This document shows positions 27,780-37,202 of a DNA stretch of 54,646 bases, one piece after another. The notes beneath the pieces were generated by a model. It did no database searches. It saw only the letters and a list, made by a program, of their open reading frames with translations, and had not been told where the DNA came from. The stretch's first letter is position 1; the number at the start of each line of letters is the position of its first letter. The DNA is taken from assembly GCA_937905855.1 (NCBI GenBank), contig CALCWU010000140.1, positions 1-54,646 of the forward strand. The letters run 5' to 3'. The DNA is from an uncultured Mollicutes bacterium. Its GTDB lineage: Bacteria > Bacillota_I > Bacilli_A > Acholeplasmatales > Anaeroplasmataceae. A program made the translations under genes and the position numbers.

Positions 27780-28637
27780 ATGAAAAATATAGGAAGTATA
27801 CAAAATATTAATAGGATACTTAAAGAAAATGAATTGTTTGCTAAAAAGAAATTTGGTCAAAATTTCTTAGTTGACCAAAATATTTTACAAAGAATTGTTG
27901 AGGTATCAGAGATTAATTCTAATGTTAATGTTATTGAAATTGGTCCAGGTCTTGGTTCTTTGACAGAGTATCTTTGCCAAAGAGCTAATAAGGTTTTGTG
28001 CTATGAAATAGATCAGGATATGATAGATTTGCTTGAAAAAAATCTAGAATATGATAATTATCAAATTCTTCATAAGGATATTTTAAAAGCTAATGTTAAT
28101 GAAGATATTGCTACATATTTTGATGATAAGCCTGTGTATTTAGTTGCTAATCTACCTTATTATATTACAACACCTATTATCTTAAAGCTACTTGAAGAGA
28201 CTAATAGAATAAAAAAATATACAATGATGATGCAATATGAGGTTGCTATGCGTATTGCTAGTAAGCCTAATGTTAAAGATTATAACGCTTTATCAATTCT
28301 TATTGCTTACAAGGCTAGGGCAACAAAGGCTTTGGATGTACCAAGAACGGTGTTTATTCCATCACCAAATGTTGATAGTGCTGTTGTAGTTTTAGATTTA
28401 TATGATAAGCTACGAGTAAGTGTTAAGAATGAGGATTTCTTTTTAAAGCTTATTAAAGGAGCTTTTGCTCAAAGAAGAAAAACCTTAATTAATAATTTAA
28501 TGCAAATGAATATACCTAAGGAAAATGCTCTTTTAGCCTTAGATAAAATGAATTTAGATAAGGCAATAAGAAGTGAAGCCTTAAGTATTGATGATTTTGC
28601 AAAACTTAGTGATATATTATTAGAAATGGAAGTATAG
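27780..28637 (+). CDS. rsmA: 16S rRNA (adenine1518/1519-N6)-dimethyltransferase
   Basis: FGQNFLVD, IEIGPGLGSLT, ANLPYYITTPI. Confidence 0.95.
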   Translation: MKNIGSIQNINRILKENELFAKKKFGQNFLVDQNILQRIVEVSEINSNVNVIEIGPGLGSLTEYLCQRANKVLCYEIDQDMIDLLEKNLEYDNYQILHKDILKANVNEDIATYFDDKPVYLVANLPYYITTPIILKLLEETNRIKKYTMMMQYEVAMRIASKPNVKDYNALSILIAYKARATKALDVPRTVFIPSPNVDSAVVVLDLYDKLRVSVKNEDFFLKLIKGAFAQRRKTLINNLMQMNIPKENALLALDKMNLDKAIRSEALSIDDFAKLSDILLEMEV

Positions 28638-28640
28638 AAG

Positions 28641-29798
28641 ATGTTTTTAGATTTAAATATGAGCTTATGGTATAGTTGGATTTTATGCCTAGTTTTATTA
28701 GTTATTGGTATTTTTTTATTAGTAAAGTGCTCTGATATTTTTGTTGGTGGTTCGGCATCAATTGCTAGAAAGATGAAAATTTCACCAATGATTATTGGTC
28801 TTACTGTTGTAGCCTTTGGTACAAGCTGTCCTGAGCTTGCTGTATCGGTTAGTGATTCAATTACCTGCTTAATTAATGGTGGTAATGCTAATGTGGCAAT
28901 GGGTAATATTGTAGGCTCAAACATTTGCAATTTATTAATTGTTTTAGGCTTTAGCGCGGTATTTACTCCTATTATTATTAAAAGAAGTGTTTGTAAGAAG
29001 GAATATCCTATCTTAATTTTAGTATCCGTGGTATTTACGATATTTACACTTTTATTTGGTTTAAATGTTGATGGTGTTAAAACCTTTGCAATATTAAGAA
29101 TCGAAGGTATTATTTTAGTTATTGGCATTATTCTTTATGTTTGGTATTTAGTTTATGATGCTAAAAAGCAAATAAAGAAGGGTTTAGTAGATGAAAATAA
29201 TACTGAAGAAGAAATAAAGGAAATGAAAACATCAAAGTCAATTCTTTATATAATTTTAGGAGCAATTGGAATTGTTTTAGGTGGAGAAGCTGTTGTTTTT
29301 GGATCAAAGAATATTGCTTATGGTATAGGTGATTTAGCTTCCTTAAATAAAGACTTAGTAGAATCATTAGTTGGTCTTACTATTGTAGCTGTTGGTACCT
29401 CTCTTCCAGAGCTTGTTACTTCAGTAGTTGCTGCTAAAAAGGGTGAAAATGAAATTGCTCTTGGTAATGTGATTGGATCTAATATATTTAATATTTTATT
29501 TGTAATTGGTATTGCTGCAACTGTAAATCCGCTTACTGTTGGTAATCAAATCTGGATTGATATGGTTGTTATGCTAGCTGCTACCTTAGTTGTATTTATT
29601 TTTGCATTAAGTGGTAAGATAAATAAAATGGGTGGCTTGACACTTTTAATTTTATATTTAATTTATCTAGGATATTTAATTTTAAGAACAGTTAATCAAG
29701 CTAATTCCAATATTTATATGATTATCTTATTTACTTTATATGCTATTTCATTTATTTTAGTAGTAATTTTTACATTGATAAAGAAGAAAAAAGAATAG
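28641..29798 (+). CDS. Ca2+/Na+ antiporter, CaCA (YrbG-like) family
   Basis: Two alpha-repeat motifs, GTSCPELAVS...GNIVGSNICNLL and GTSLPELVTS...GNVIGSNIFNIL, and about 10 TM segments. Confidence 0.85.
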   Translation: MFLDLNMSLWYSWILCLVLLVIGIFLLVKCSDIFVGGSASIARKMKISPMIIGLTVVAFGTSCPELAVSVSDSITCLINGGNANVAMGNIVGSNICNLLIVLGFSAVFTPIIIKRSVCKKEYPILILVSVVFTIFTLLFGLNVDGVKTFAILRIEGIILVIGIILYVWYLVYDAKKQIKKGLVDENNTEEEIKEMKTSKSILYIILGAIGIVLGGEAVVFGSKNIAYGIGDLASLNKDLVESLVGLTIVAVGTSLPELVTSVVAAKKGENEIALGNVIGSNIFNILFVIGIAATVNPLTVGNQIWIDMVVMLAATLVVFIFALSGKINKMGGLTLLILYLIYLGYLILRTVNQANSNIYMIILFTLYAISFILVVIFTLIKKKKE

Positions 29799-29803
29799 AA
29801 AAA

Positions 29804-29840
29804 AACAGGTTTATTCTAAAATGAGTAAGCCTGTTTTCTA
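29804..29840. terminator. Bidirectional terminator between convergent antiporter and pduL genes
   Basis: A 10-bp stem aacaggttta/taagcctgtt (one G-U pair), with an A-run upstream and a T-run downstream. Confidence 0.6.
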
Positions 29841-29856
29841 TTTATAGTGTATTTAA

Positions 29857-30429
29857 TTACTTAACAATTACACCAGTAACTGTTCCAGATAATAAGCCAG
29901 CATTAGCTTCATCTGTATCAACATGCATTGCTAAAGCATATTTTGGAGATACACGAACAACTGTATCACCAAATGTTAGGTTTCTACCAGTTTCATTTAA
30001 AACCTTAACCTCTACGATTTGACCATTCTCAACACCAAACTCTTTAGCATCCTCTGGAGTCATATGAATGTGACGCTTTGCAGCAATAACACCCTCAGCA
30101 AGCTCAACCTCACCAGCTGGACCAACTAGCTTACAAGGAGCAGAGCCCTTAATATCTCCTGATTCTCTTACTGGAGCAACAACACCTAGAGTTCTAGCCT
30201 CAGTTAAAGAAACCTCTACCTGATTATGATCACGACAAGGTCCTAAAATTGAACACTTTAAGCTTCCCTTTGGACCAACAACCTCAACTTTTTGGTTAGA
30301 AGCAAATTGTCCAGGTTGAGATAGCATTTTCTTAACCTCTAATTGAGCTCCCTCACCGAATAACTTTTCTAATACTTCTTGAGTAACATGTACGTGTCTA
30401 GCACTTGTTTCAATAATAATTTCCTTCAT
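29857..30429 (-). CDS. pduL: Phosphate propanoyl/acyl-transferase PduL
   Basis: Two PduL repeats with ETSARHVHV and AAKRHIHM motifs, plus C-terminal LAMHVDTDEANA. The ATG at 30429 has GAAAGGA 9 nt upstream. Confidence 0.85.
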   Translation of the reverse strand: MKEIIIETSARHVHVTQEVLEKLFGEGAQLEVKKMLSQPGQFASNQKVEVVGPKGSLKCSILGPCRDHNQVEVSLTEARTLGVVAPVRESGDIKGSAPCKLVGPAGEVELAEGVIAAKRHIHMTPEDAKEFGVENGQIVEVKVLNETGRNLTFGDTVVRVSPKYALAMHVDTDEANAGLLSGTVTGVIVK

Positions 30430-30570
30430 TTTATAAAATCCTTTCGTTTTTATCATCTACATTATACCACAATTTTTTTAATTGTGTTATATTTTTAGTG
30501 AAAAATTAGGTAAATATTATACTTGTCTAGAGAACGAAAAAACTGGCTCATAAAATAATTTGGTGGTATA

Positions 30571-31335
30571 ATGAAAATAGGAGATTGTGTTGTAAGAATT
30601 TCTCATAATAAAGATATCATTTTTAGAATATACGATATAAGAAATGATATTGCTATATTGGCAGGAATATATGTTAGACTTATTGCCGACGCTAAATTAG
30701 AAGATTTAGAGGTAATAGATGATGAAATATTATTACGTGCTGAGGATGAAGAATATAGCTACTATAATAATATTGTTTCCAGCATTAAAAGAGATTCAAG
30801 AGAGGTTAATGGTAAGGTACTTCATTTAGATAGTGATGTTGGCTATTTAAGAAAATGCTTGCAATTTTATAAGGACAATAACATTTATGCCTATGGTGTA
30901 TGTTATAAGGAAGAAGAAATGGCTGATAATATAAATGATTTAGTCTTAAAAATAAGACCTGACGTTATTGTAATTACTGGTCATGATTCCTATAATCGCA
31001 AGGGCTTAGATGATTTAGATAATTATTCCCATACCTCTGATTATATTAAAACAATTAAAAAAGTAAGAGAACAGTTTTCTTTAGATGATATTTTTATTTA
31101 TGCTGGGGCATGTGGCTCCAATTTTGAAGCATTAATTGCTAGTGGAGCTAATTTTGCTTCAAGTGTTAATAGAGATAATATTGATGCCTATGATCCGGCG
31201 ATTGTTGCTTATATTGCCGCAACAACAAGAATTACCAATCTTATTAGCTTAGATAAATTTAAAAAATTATCCAAAAGTGCCAATAAGGTTGTTGGAGGAA
31301 TTGATTCCTATGGCAAAATGCGAGTAGTTATATAA
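30571..31335 (+). CDS. yabG: Sporulation-specific protease YabG
   Basis: VLHLDSD..YL.KC, VITGHDS and YAGACGSNFEAL match the YabG (peptidase U57) pattern. It sits between ksgA and ispE as in Bacillus. Confidence 0.8.
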   Translation: MKIGDCVVRISHNKDIIFRIYDIRNDIAILAGIYVRLIADAKLEDLEVIDDEILLRAEDEEYSYYNNIVSSIKRDSREVNGKVLHLDSDVGYLRKCLQFYKDNNIYAYGVCYKEEEMADNINDLVLKIRPDVIVITGHDSYNRKGLDDLDNYSHTSDYIKTIKKVREQFSLDDIFIYAGACGSNFEALIASGANFASSVNRDNIDAYDPAIVAYIAATTRITNLISLDKFKKLSKSANKVVGGIDSYGKMRVVI

Positions 31336-31348
31336 GGAGAATTTATTC

Positions 31349-32182
31349 ATGATTGAAAGAGCTTATGCAAAAATTAACTTAACCTTAGAGGTTGGTAACA
31401 AAAGAAATGATGGATTTCATAATGTTAAAACCTTAATGGTTCCCATTGATTTATATGATGAACTTGAATTTATAGAAATACCAAGTGGTATAGAATTAGA
31501 ATCTAATGTTGATATTAATGATAATTTTGTTTATAAGGCTGCTAAGCTCTTTTTTGAAAGATATAATATAAAGGATAAAGGAATCAAAATTAAGCTTAAG
31601 AAGAATATTCCTCTTGCCTCTGGTATGGCTGGTGGAAGTAGTGATGCATCTGCCTGCCTAAGAGGCTTAAATAAAATATTTGGTTTAAATAGACCTTTAG
31701 ATGAGCTAGCTACTCTTAGTAGTATATTAGGATCTGATATGCCATATTGTGTTTATCAAAGACCAAGTATATGTGAAGGACGCGGTGAAATAGTTAAGGT
31801 TTTAAATGACCTTAACTATAAACCAATACCTATTACCCTATTATTTTATGATTTTGGCTTAAGCACAAAAGAGGTTTATAAAAATTATAAATATTTGGGT
31901 ATAAACAAAGATAATAATTATTTAAAAATTATAAGAGGCTTAAAGGAAAATAACCTTTCACTAATTAATGAAGCAATATTTAATGATTTAGAGGATGTAT
32001 CATTAAAATTAGAGGATAAGCTTTTAAAAAGTAAAGAAATAATAACAAAGCTAGGATATGATAGCTTTCAAAGTGGAAGCGGACCAACAAGATTTATTTT
32101 AGGTAATGTAGATATTAAAATAGAAAATGTTAGAACCTTTAAAACTTATATCTTATCTAATGTTTATGGTAATAAAAACTAA
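31349..32182 (+). CDS. ispE: 4-diphosphocytidyl-2-C-methyl-D-erythritol kinase
   Basis: AKINL.L N-terminus and GHMP kinase motif IPLASGMAGGSSDASA. Confidence 0.9.
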   Translation: MIERAYAKINLTLEVGNKRNDGFHNVKTLMVPIDLYDELEFIEIPSGIELESNVDINDNFVYKAAKLFFERYNIKDKGIKIKLKKNIPLASGMAGGSSDASACLRGLNKIFGLNRPLDELATLSSILGSDMPYCVYQRPSICEGRGEIVKVLNDLNYKPIPITLLFYDFGLSTKEVYKNYKYLGINKDNNYLKIIRGLKENNLSLINEAIFNDLEDVSLKLEDKLLKSKEIITKLGYDSFQSGSGPTRFILGNVDIKIENVRTFKTYILSNVYGNKN

Positions 32183-32325
32183 TATTAAATTTTAGAAAAG
32201 TATTTAAAATGTTGAATTTTGTGATTAAAACGTTTTCTTAAATGAAAGCGGTATTTTAAAAAAGTAGTAATTTTGTTATAATATACTTAAATGATTATTA
32301 AAAGAATAAAGGAGTCACTTTTATC

Positions 32326-33309
32326 ATGTCTATTTTAGAGGGTAAGAAGGTAAAATTATTTGCGTTAGGATCTAATCGTCCTTTAGCAGAAGAAATTGCA
32401 AGCGCTATTGGTGTACAGCTTGCAGATTGTCAGGTTTCACATTTTGCAGATGGAGAAATTAATGTTAGTATTAATGAAACAGTAAGAGGACATCATGTTT
32501 TCGTTATTCAACCAACATCTGCTCCAGTAAATGATAATTTAATGGAATTATTAATTATGTGTGATGCTTTAAAAAGAGCATCAGCTAAAACTATTAATTT
32601 AGTTATTCCTTATTATGGCTATAGCCGTCAGGATCGTAAGGCTAAGAGTCGTCAACCAATTTCTGCTAAATTAGTTGCTGATTTATTACAAACTGCAGGT
32701 GCAGATAGAGTTATTTGTATGGATATTCATGCTGCTCAAATTCAAGGATTCTTTAATATCCCATTCGATAATTTTATGGGATTGCCAATTTTAGTTAATT
32801 ATTTCTTAGACAAGCATTTAGAAAATGTCACAGTTGTTTCACCAGATCATGGTGGTGTTACACGTGCTAGAGAGTTTGCTAAGGTATTAGAGGCACCTAT
32901 TGCCATTATTGATAAGCGTCGTCCTGAACCAAATAAGGCTGAGGTTATGAATATTATCGGTGAGGTTAAGGATAGAGTATGTATCGTTGTTGATGATATG
33001 GTTGATACTGCTGGTACCCTAACTATTGGTGCTGAAGCTTTAATTAAGGCTGGAGCAACTGCTGTATATGCTTGCTGTACACATGGTGTATTATCAGGAC
33101 CTGCTATTGAAAGAATTAAGAATTCTGCACTTAAAGAGGTTGTGATTACTAATACTATTCTTCTTCCTGAAGAAAAGAAAATTGATAAGATTAAGGTTTT
33201 ATCTGTTGGTACCCTATTAGGTCATGGTATCTTACGTATTTTAGGTGATGAGCCATTATCTGGTTTATTTACTTATAGCTATGATAAGAGTAAAAGAGAA
33301 TTATTATAA
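32326..33309 (+). CDS. prs: Ribose-phosphate pyrophosphokinase
   Basis: [10 protein letters not shown], and the PRPP-binding loop [11 protein letters not shown]. Preceded by AAAGGAG and an extended -10 (TGtTATAAT, 32274-32282). Confidence 0.95.
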   Translation: MSILEGKKVKLFALGSNRPLAEEIASAIGVQLADCQVSHFADGEINVSINETVRGHHVFVIQPTSAPVNDNLMELLIMCDALKRASAKTINLVIPYYGYSRQDRKAKSRQPISAKLVADLLQTAGADRVICMDIHAAQIQGFFNIPFDNFMGLPILVNYFLDKHLENVTVVSPDHGGVTRAREFAKVLEAPIAIIDKRRPEPNKAEVMNIIGEVKDRVCIVVDDMVDTAGTLTIGAEALIKAGATAVYACCTHGVLSGPAIERIKNSALKEVVITNTILLPEEKKIDKIKVLSVGTLLGHGILRILGDEPLSGLFTYSYDKSKRELL

Positions 33310-33876
33310 ATGAAATTAATTGTTGGACTTGGTAATCCTACTAAGGAATATGAAGGTACAAGACATAATACAGGCTTTATTTGCCTAGATTATATTGCTT
33401 CTAAATATAATGCTAGCTTTTCTTTAGATACAAGCTTAAAATGTGTATTAGCTCGTGTTAATGTTGATGGCTTTAAGGCTATTTTAATGAAGCCTATGAC
33501 CTATATGAATTTATCAGGTGAGGCAGTACTTGCAGTATGCAATTATTATAAGATTTTGCTTGAGGATATAATTGTTATTTCTGATGATCTTGATTCTCAT
33601 CCTGGTCGTGTAAGACTTCGTGATAGTGGATCTGCTGGTGGTCATAATGGCTTAAAGAATATTGCCCTTCATATGCATAGTGAAAATTTTAAAAGAATTA
33701 AAATAGGAATTGGTAGAAGTAATGTAATTCCTGTTGTTGATTATGTATTGCAAAAATTTCCTGAATCAGAGCTTGCATTAATAAATGAAGCTAAAGAACA
33801 AGTCTATCTAGCTGTTAATGATTTTATTCATGAAATTGATTTTTACAAGATTGCATCTAAATATTCAAAGAAATAA
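33310..33876 (+). CDS. pth: Peptidyl-tRNA hydrolase
   Basis: MKLIVGLGNP..Y..TRHN.GF, and GSAGGHNGLK. Confidence 0.95.
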   Translation: MKLIVGLGNPTKEYEGTRHNTGFICLDYIASKYNASFSLDTSLKCVLARVNVDGFKAILMKPMTYMNLSGEAVLAVCNYYKILLEDIIVISDDLDSHPGRVRLRDSGSAGGHNGLKNIALHMHSENFKRIKIGIGRSNVIPVVDYVLQKFPESELALINEAKEQVYLAVNDFIHEIDFYKIASKYSKK

Positions 33877-33897
33877 AGGAGATTTCTCCTTTTTTTC
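33876..33897 (+). terminator. Rho-independent terminator after pth
   Basis: aaggag-attt-ctcctt followed by ttttt, starting at the stop codon. Confidence 0.6.
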
Positions 33898-33945
33898 TTG
33901 AATTATGTATTTTATTGTGTTATTATTTAAAATAAAGAAAATAAG

Positions 33946-34022
33946 CCTTAAAATAGTTCAGAGAAACTAAAGGATTTATTATTTGCGTTGTTTATACTGA
34001 CTATTTTATAGTCAGTTTTTTC
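33946..34022 (+). promoter_or_regulatory. Candidate PyrR-type transcription attenuator in the permease leader
   Basis: Hairpin ccuu-aaaa-uaguu-CAGAGA-aacua-aagg (33946-33973). Its apex AGUUCAGAGAAACU matches 11 of 14 positions of the PyrR binding-loop consensus ARUCCAGAGAGGYU. A perfect 8-bp terminator hairpin actgacta/tagtcagt plus ttttt follows at 33996-34022, 40 nt before the start codon. Confidence 0.4.
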
Positions 34023-34061
34023 TTTAGAAATATAAGAAAGAGAGAGAATATAAAATTTAAT

Positions 34062-35507
34062 ATGGAACAAAATAAGATGGTTATTGATGTAGAAGAAAGT
34101 CCAAAACGTAAAAGAGACTGGTTTTTATTTGGTATTCAGCATGTTTTAGCAATGCTTGTTGCCTGTATTACAGTACCTTTATTAACAGGACTACCTCTAG
34201 GAGCGACAATTGTTGCTGCAGGTGTTGGAACATTAATTTATGTTTTTGCCACAAAGAAGAAATCACCAGTATTTCTTAGTAGCTCATTTGCTTATTTATC
34301 ACCTATGTTTAGTGCTTTAACATTAGGCGGTGTTAAAAATGCGCTTGAGCCTATTACACCTAACTATATTGCTGTAATAGTTGGTATGATACTTGTTGGT
34401 GTCATTTATGTTATTATTGCTCTTATTGTTAAGAAAACTAGTACAGCGTGGTTAAATAAGCTATTACCTCCTGTTGTTATTGGACCAATCATTATGGTAA
34501 TTGGTTTAAGTCTTGCTACTAGTGCTGTAAGCAATGTTACAGGTGGTACAGCAGCAATTAAAAATGCTACTGGCAATATTGATTGGCGTTATACCTTTGT
34601 AAGTGTACTTGTTGGTCTTGTAGCTTGTGTTACAACTGCTCTTGCTGCTCATTATGGCAAGAAAACAATTAAGCTTATACCTTTTGTTATTGGTATGGTT
34701 AGTGCTTATTTATTTGCAGTTATTCTAACTTTATTTAGCTATATTGATGGTCTTGAATTTATGCGTGTAATTGATTTTAGCATATTTAAGAAGGACTGGG
34801 GTAGTATAGATGCTTGGATTACTACTGATTGGATGTTTAGACGTGCTTGGAATCAAAATAGAGTATTTGATGGTTCAACATTTGGAAGTGTTTGCTTATT
34901 ATTTATCCCTGTTGCTTTAGTTACAATAGCTGAGCATATTGGTGATCATAAAAATTTAAGCAATATCATAGGTCGTGATTTATTAGGTCAAGAGCCTGGT
35001 TTAACTAGAACATTAGTTGGTGATGGTGTTGCTACAGCGGTATCTGGTTGTATTTGTGGTGCTGCTAATACAACATATGGTGAAAATGTAGCTGTTATTG
35101 GTGTAAGTAAAATTGCTTCTGTTAGTGTTGTAATATTTGCGGCAATTATGTCAATTGTTTTAGGTATGTTTGCCCCACTTACTACCTTGCTTGAAACAAT
35201 TCCTGCTTGTATAACTGGTGGTGTAAGTCTTATTCTTTATGGCTTTATTGCCTCAAGCGGTGTAAAAATGCTTATAAAGGATCATGTTGATTTTAATGTT
35301 ACTAAGAATATTATGATTGCATCAGTTATTCTTGTAGCTGGTATTGGTGGTCTTGTATTTGGCTTTGGTGGAACTCCTGCAGCTTATACAGTAAAAATCA
35401 CTTCAACAGCAGTTGCTATGATTTTAGGAATTTTCTTAAATTTAATATTAAAGGATAAACATGAAGATGAACCAGTAGAGGAAGCTGCTGAGTCAAAGGA
35501 AGAATAA
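34062..35507 (+). CDS. NCS2-family uracil/xanthine permease
   Basis: About 12-14 TM segments with NCS2-like motifs (FGIQHVLAM, TIAEHIGDH, GENVAVIG). The start could instead be the ATG at 34077. Confidence 0.8.
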   Translation: MEQNKMVIDVEESPKRKRDWFLFGIQHVLAMLVACITVPLLTGLPLGATIVAAGVGTLIYVFATKKKSPVFLSSSFAYLSPMFSALTLGGVKNALEPITPNYIAVIVGMILVGVIYVIIALIVKKTSTAWLNKLLPPVVIGPIIMVIGLSLATSAVSNVTGGTAAIKNATGNIDWRYTFVSVLVGLVACVTTALAAHYGKKTIKLIPFVIGMVSAYLFAVILTLFSYIDGLEFMRVIDFSIFKKDWGSIDAWITTDWMFRRAWNQNRVFDGSTFGSVCLLFIPVALVTIAEHIGDHKNLSNIIGRDLLGQEPGLTRTLVGDGVATAVSGCICGAANTTYGENVAVIGVSKIASVSVVIFAAIMSIVLGMFAPLTTLLETIPACITGGVSLILYGFIASSGVKMLIKDHVDFNVTKNIMIASVILVAGIGGLVFGFGGTPAAYTVKITSTAVAMILGIFLNLILKDKHEDEPVEEAAESKEE

Positions 35508-35536
35508 AAAAAATACCATTATTCAATTAATGGTAT
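35506..35536 (-). terminator. Terminator serving the minus-strand EAL gene
   Basis: A 9-bp stem ataccatta/taatggtat. On the minus strand it is followed by T8 (plus-strand A-run 35506-35513). Confidence 0.55.
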
Positions 35537-35542
35537 AAATAT

Positions 35543-35570
35543 GAGGACACATTGTGTCCTCTATTTTTTT
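35543..35570 (+). terminator. Terminator serving the plus-strand permease gene
   Basis: An 8-bp stem gaggacac/gtgtcctc with a 3-nt loop, followed by tattttttt. Confidence 0.55.
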
Positions 35571-37200
35571 AATTTTTGTCTTCCTCGTCATCCTTAAATG
35601 GGTTATCATCAATACCCTCAAGGAAATCCAAGGTATCATCCTTTTTAACCTCTGGAGCAGGAGTAGGAGTGACTGTCTTTTCAGCAGTAGCAAAGCTTTC
35701 TTGTGGTGCTTCTTTGACTGGTGTAGGAGCAACCTTAGCTTCCTCCTTAGCTGGAATATTAGTTTCCATATATTGAGCCTTATTAACATCACGCCATTTA
35801 CGATTAGCAATATATGAATCAAAATCATCAACGCTCATAGGCTTTGAATAGAAGTATCCTTGAGCATAGTGAATGTTGTGAGCTTTAATGTAGTCAACCA
35901 TTTCTTGATTTTCTACTCCCTCACATATTAATTCATGGTCATAATTTTTAGCATATTCAACTAGTAAAGCAACGAATTTTTCCTTGATGCTTTGTTTAGT
36001 ATTTTCAGCAAGGAAGCTGCGATCTAGCTTAATAATATCAATAGGTGCACGTTCGATATCTGTTAATGCTGTTTCATCTAGGTCAAATCCGTCAACGGCT
36101 ACAAGGAAGCCATAGTCTCTTAATTTTAAAAGGTTATTTTTAACCTGTCCTAATCTATCATAGGCTGTATATTCACCAACCTCTAGCATAAAGTGGTTTG
36201 GTTCAACACCATATTTTTTAACAATATCAATAAATTGCTGAGATAGATGCTGATCTAATAGCTGTTTAGTAGAAAGGTTTAGTGATAGCTTGATATCAAA
36301 TTCAGGATATTTAGATGATAATGATAAATATTCCTTAACAAGCATTTCAATACCCCATTCACCAACCCAACGGATATCTCCTGATTGTTCCAAAATAGGA
36401 ATGAATTTAGCTGGTGAAACAATGCCTTGAGTTGGATGGTTCCAACGCATTAGGGCTTCAGCACCAAAGATTGTATTCTTATCAATATTAATCATTGGTT
36501 GGTAGTACAATACGAATTCCTTATTCTTAATAGCTTTTTTAATTTCAAGATAGAATTCGTAATTTTCTTTCTCTTCACTTGATAATGTTGAGTAGTAGGT
36601 AGTAAATTTATTACCACCATCTCTTTTAGAAATATAGGTTGCAAGCTCAAGATTTGTTAATAATTCATTGAATGTTGTACCACAAAGTGGATATGTTGCA
36701 CAACCAACACTACATGTTAAATTAATATCAGCAGCAGCTGTTACATGATATTCAGTATTAACACTTTCACATACCTTTTTAGCTATTTTCTCTAGATAAT
36801 CCTTATCATTTTGTTCTTTAATGAAGATTAAGAATTCATCATTATTATATAATGATATAGAAGCATTAAATGGTAAAACTCTAACTAGCTTTAAAGCAAC
36901 CTGCTTTAATATTTCATCACAAGCCTTACGACCTAATAATTCATTTAAATCACTAAAGGCATCAAGGTCAACATATAAGAAGGAGCAAGCTCCGTAAACA
37001 CCAACCTTGTTAATATATTTTGTTGCTGTTCTTTTAATTTGCGTTCTTGACAATGCATCATTCAAAATAACATTAGATTCCTCAGAATATCTTTTCATAT
37101 TGTGTTTGATTAAGAAGAAGATTCCTACTATCAGCAAAATTGCCACTATAATTGCCAAAATAGTAAAAAACATATAGGTACTATCACTTATTGCTAGCAT
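35569..37200 (-). CDS. Membrane-anchored degenerate-GGDEF / EAL-domain protein with acidic Pro/Ala-rich C-terminal tail
   Basis: One N-terminal TM segment. The GGDEF position reads NNDEF (ISLYNNDEFLIF). EAL motifs AEALMRW, LEVGE, KLDRSF, EGVE and QGYF are present, but the DDFGTGYSS loop reads DGFDLDETA. The last roughly 70 aa are low-complexity (PAKEEAKVAPTPVKEAP...DDEEDKN). Confidence 0.8.
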   Translation of the reverse strand: MLAISDSTYMFFTILAIIVAILLIVGIFFLIKHNMKRYSEESNVILNDALSRTQIKRTATKYINKVGVYGACSFLYVDLDAFSDLNELLGRKACDEILKQVALKLVRVLPFNASISLYNNDEFLIFIKEQNDKDYLEKIAKKVCESVNTEYHVTAAADINLTCSVGCATYPLCGTTFNELLTNLELATYISKRDGGNKFTTYYSTLSSEEKENYEFYLEIKKAIKNKEFVLYYQPMINIDKNTIFGAEALMRWNHPTQGIVSPAKFIPILEQSGDIRWVGEWGIEMLVKEYLSLSSKYPEFDIKLSLNLSTKQLLDQHLSQQFIDIVKKYGVEPNHFMLEVGEYTAYDRLGQVKNNLLKLRDYGFLVAVDGFDLDETALTDIERAPIDIIKLDRSFLAENTKQSIKEKFVALLVEYAKNYDHELICEGVENQEMVDYIKAHNIHYAQGYFYSKPMSVDDFDSYIANRKWRDVNKAQYMETNIPAKEEAKVAPTPVKEAPQESFATAEKTVTPTPAPEVKKDDTLDFLEGIDDNPFKDDEEDKN

Positions 37201-37202
37201 AT

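Noticed and set aside
28469-29367. ORFs 28469-29128(-, 219 aa) and 29161-29367(-)
   Set aside because: Despite their length, they are antisense to rsmA and the CaCA antiporter, both of which have strong motif support. The translation is Ile/Lys/Thr-rich, as expected from reading an AT-rich gene backwards.
30521-30570. Sigma-K type promoter (AC...CATAnnnTA) upstream of yabG
   Set aside because: A CATAAAATA match exists at 30549-30557, but the nearest AC is only 13 nt upstream rather than 16-17. The implied TSS would also fall inside the SD.
35523-35831. ORFs 35523-35831(-), 35554-35817(+) and 35576-35776(+)
   Set aside because: They are alternative frames over the low-complexity tail of the EAL gene. 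Repetitive codons keep several frames open by chance.
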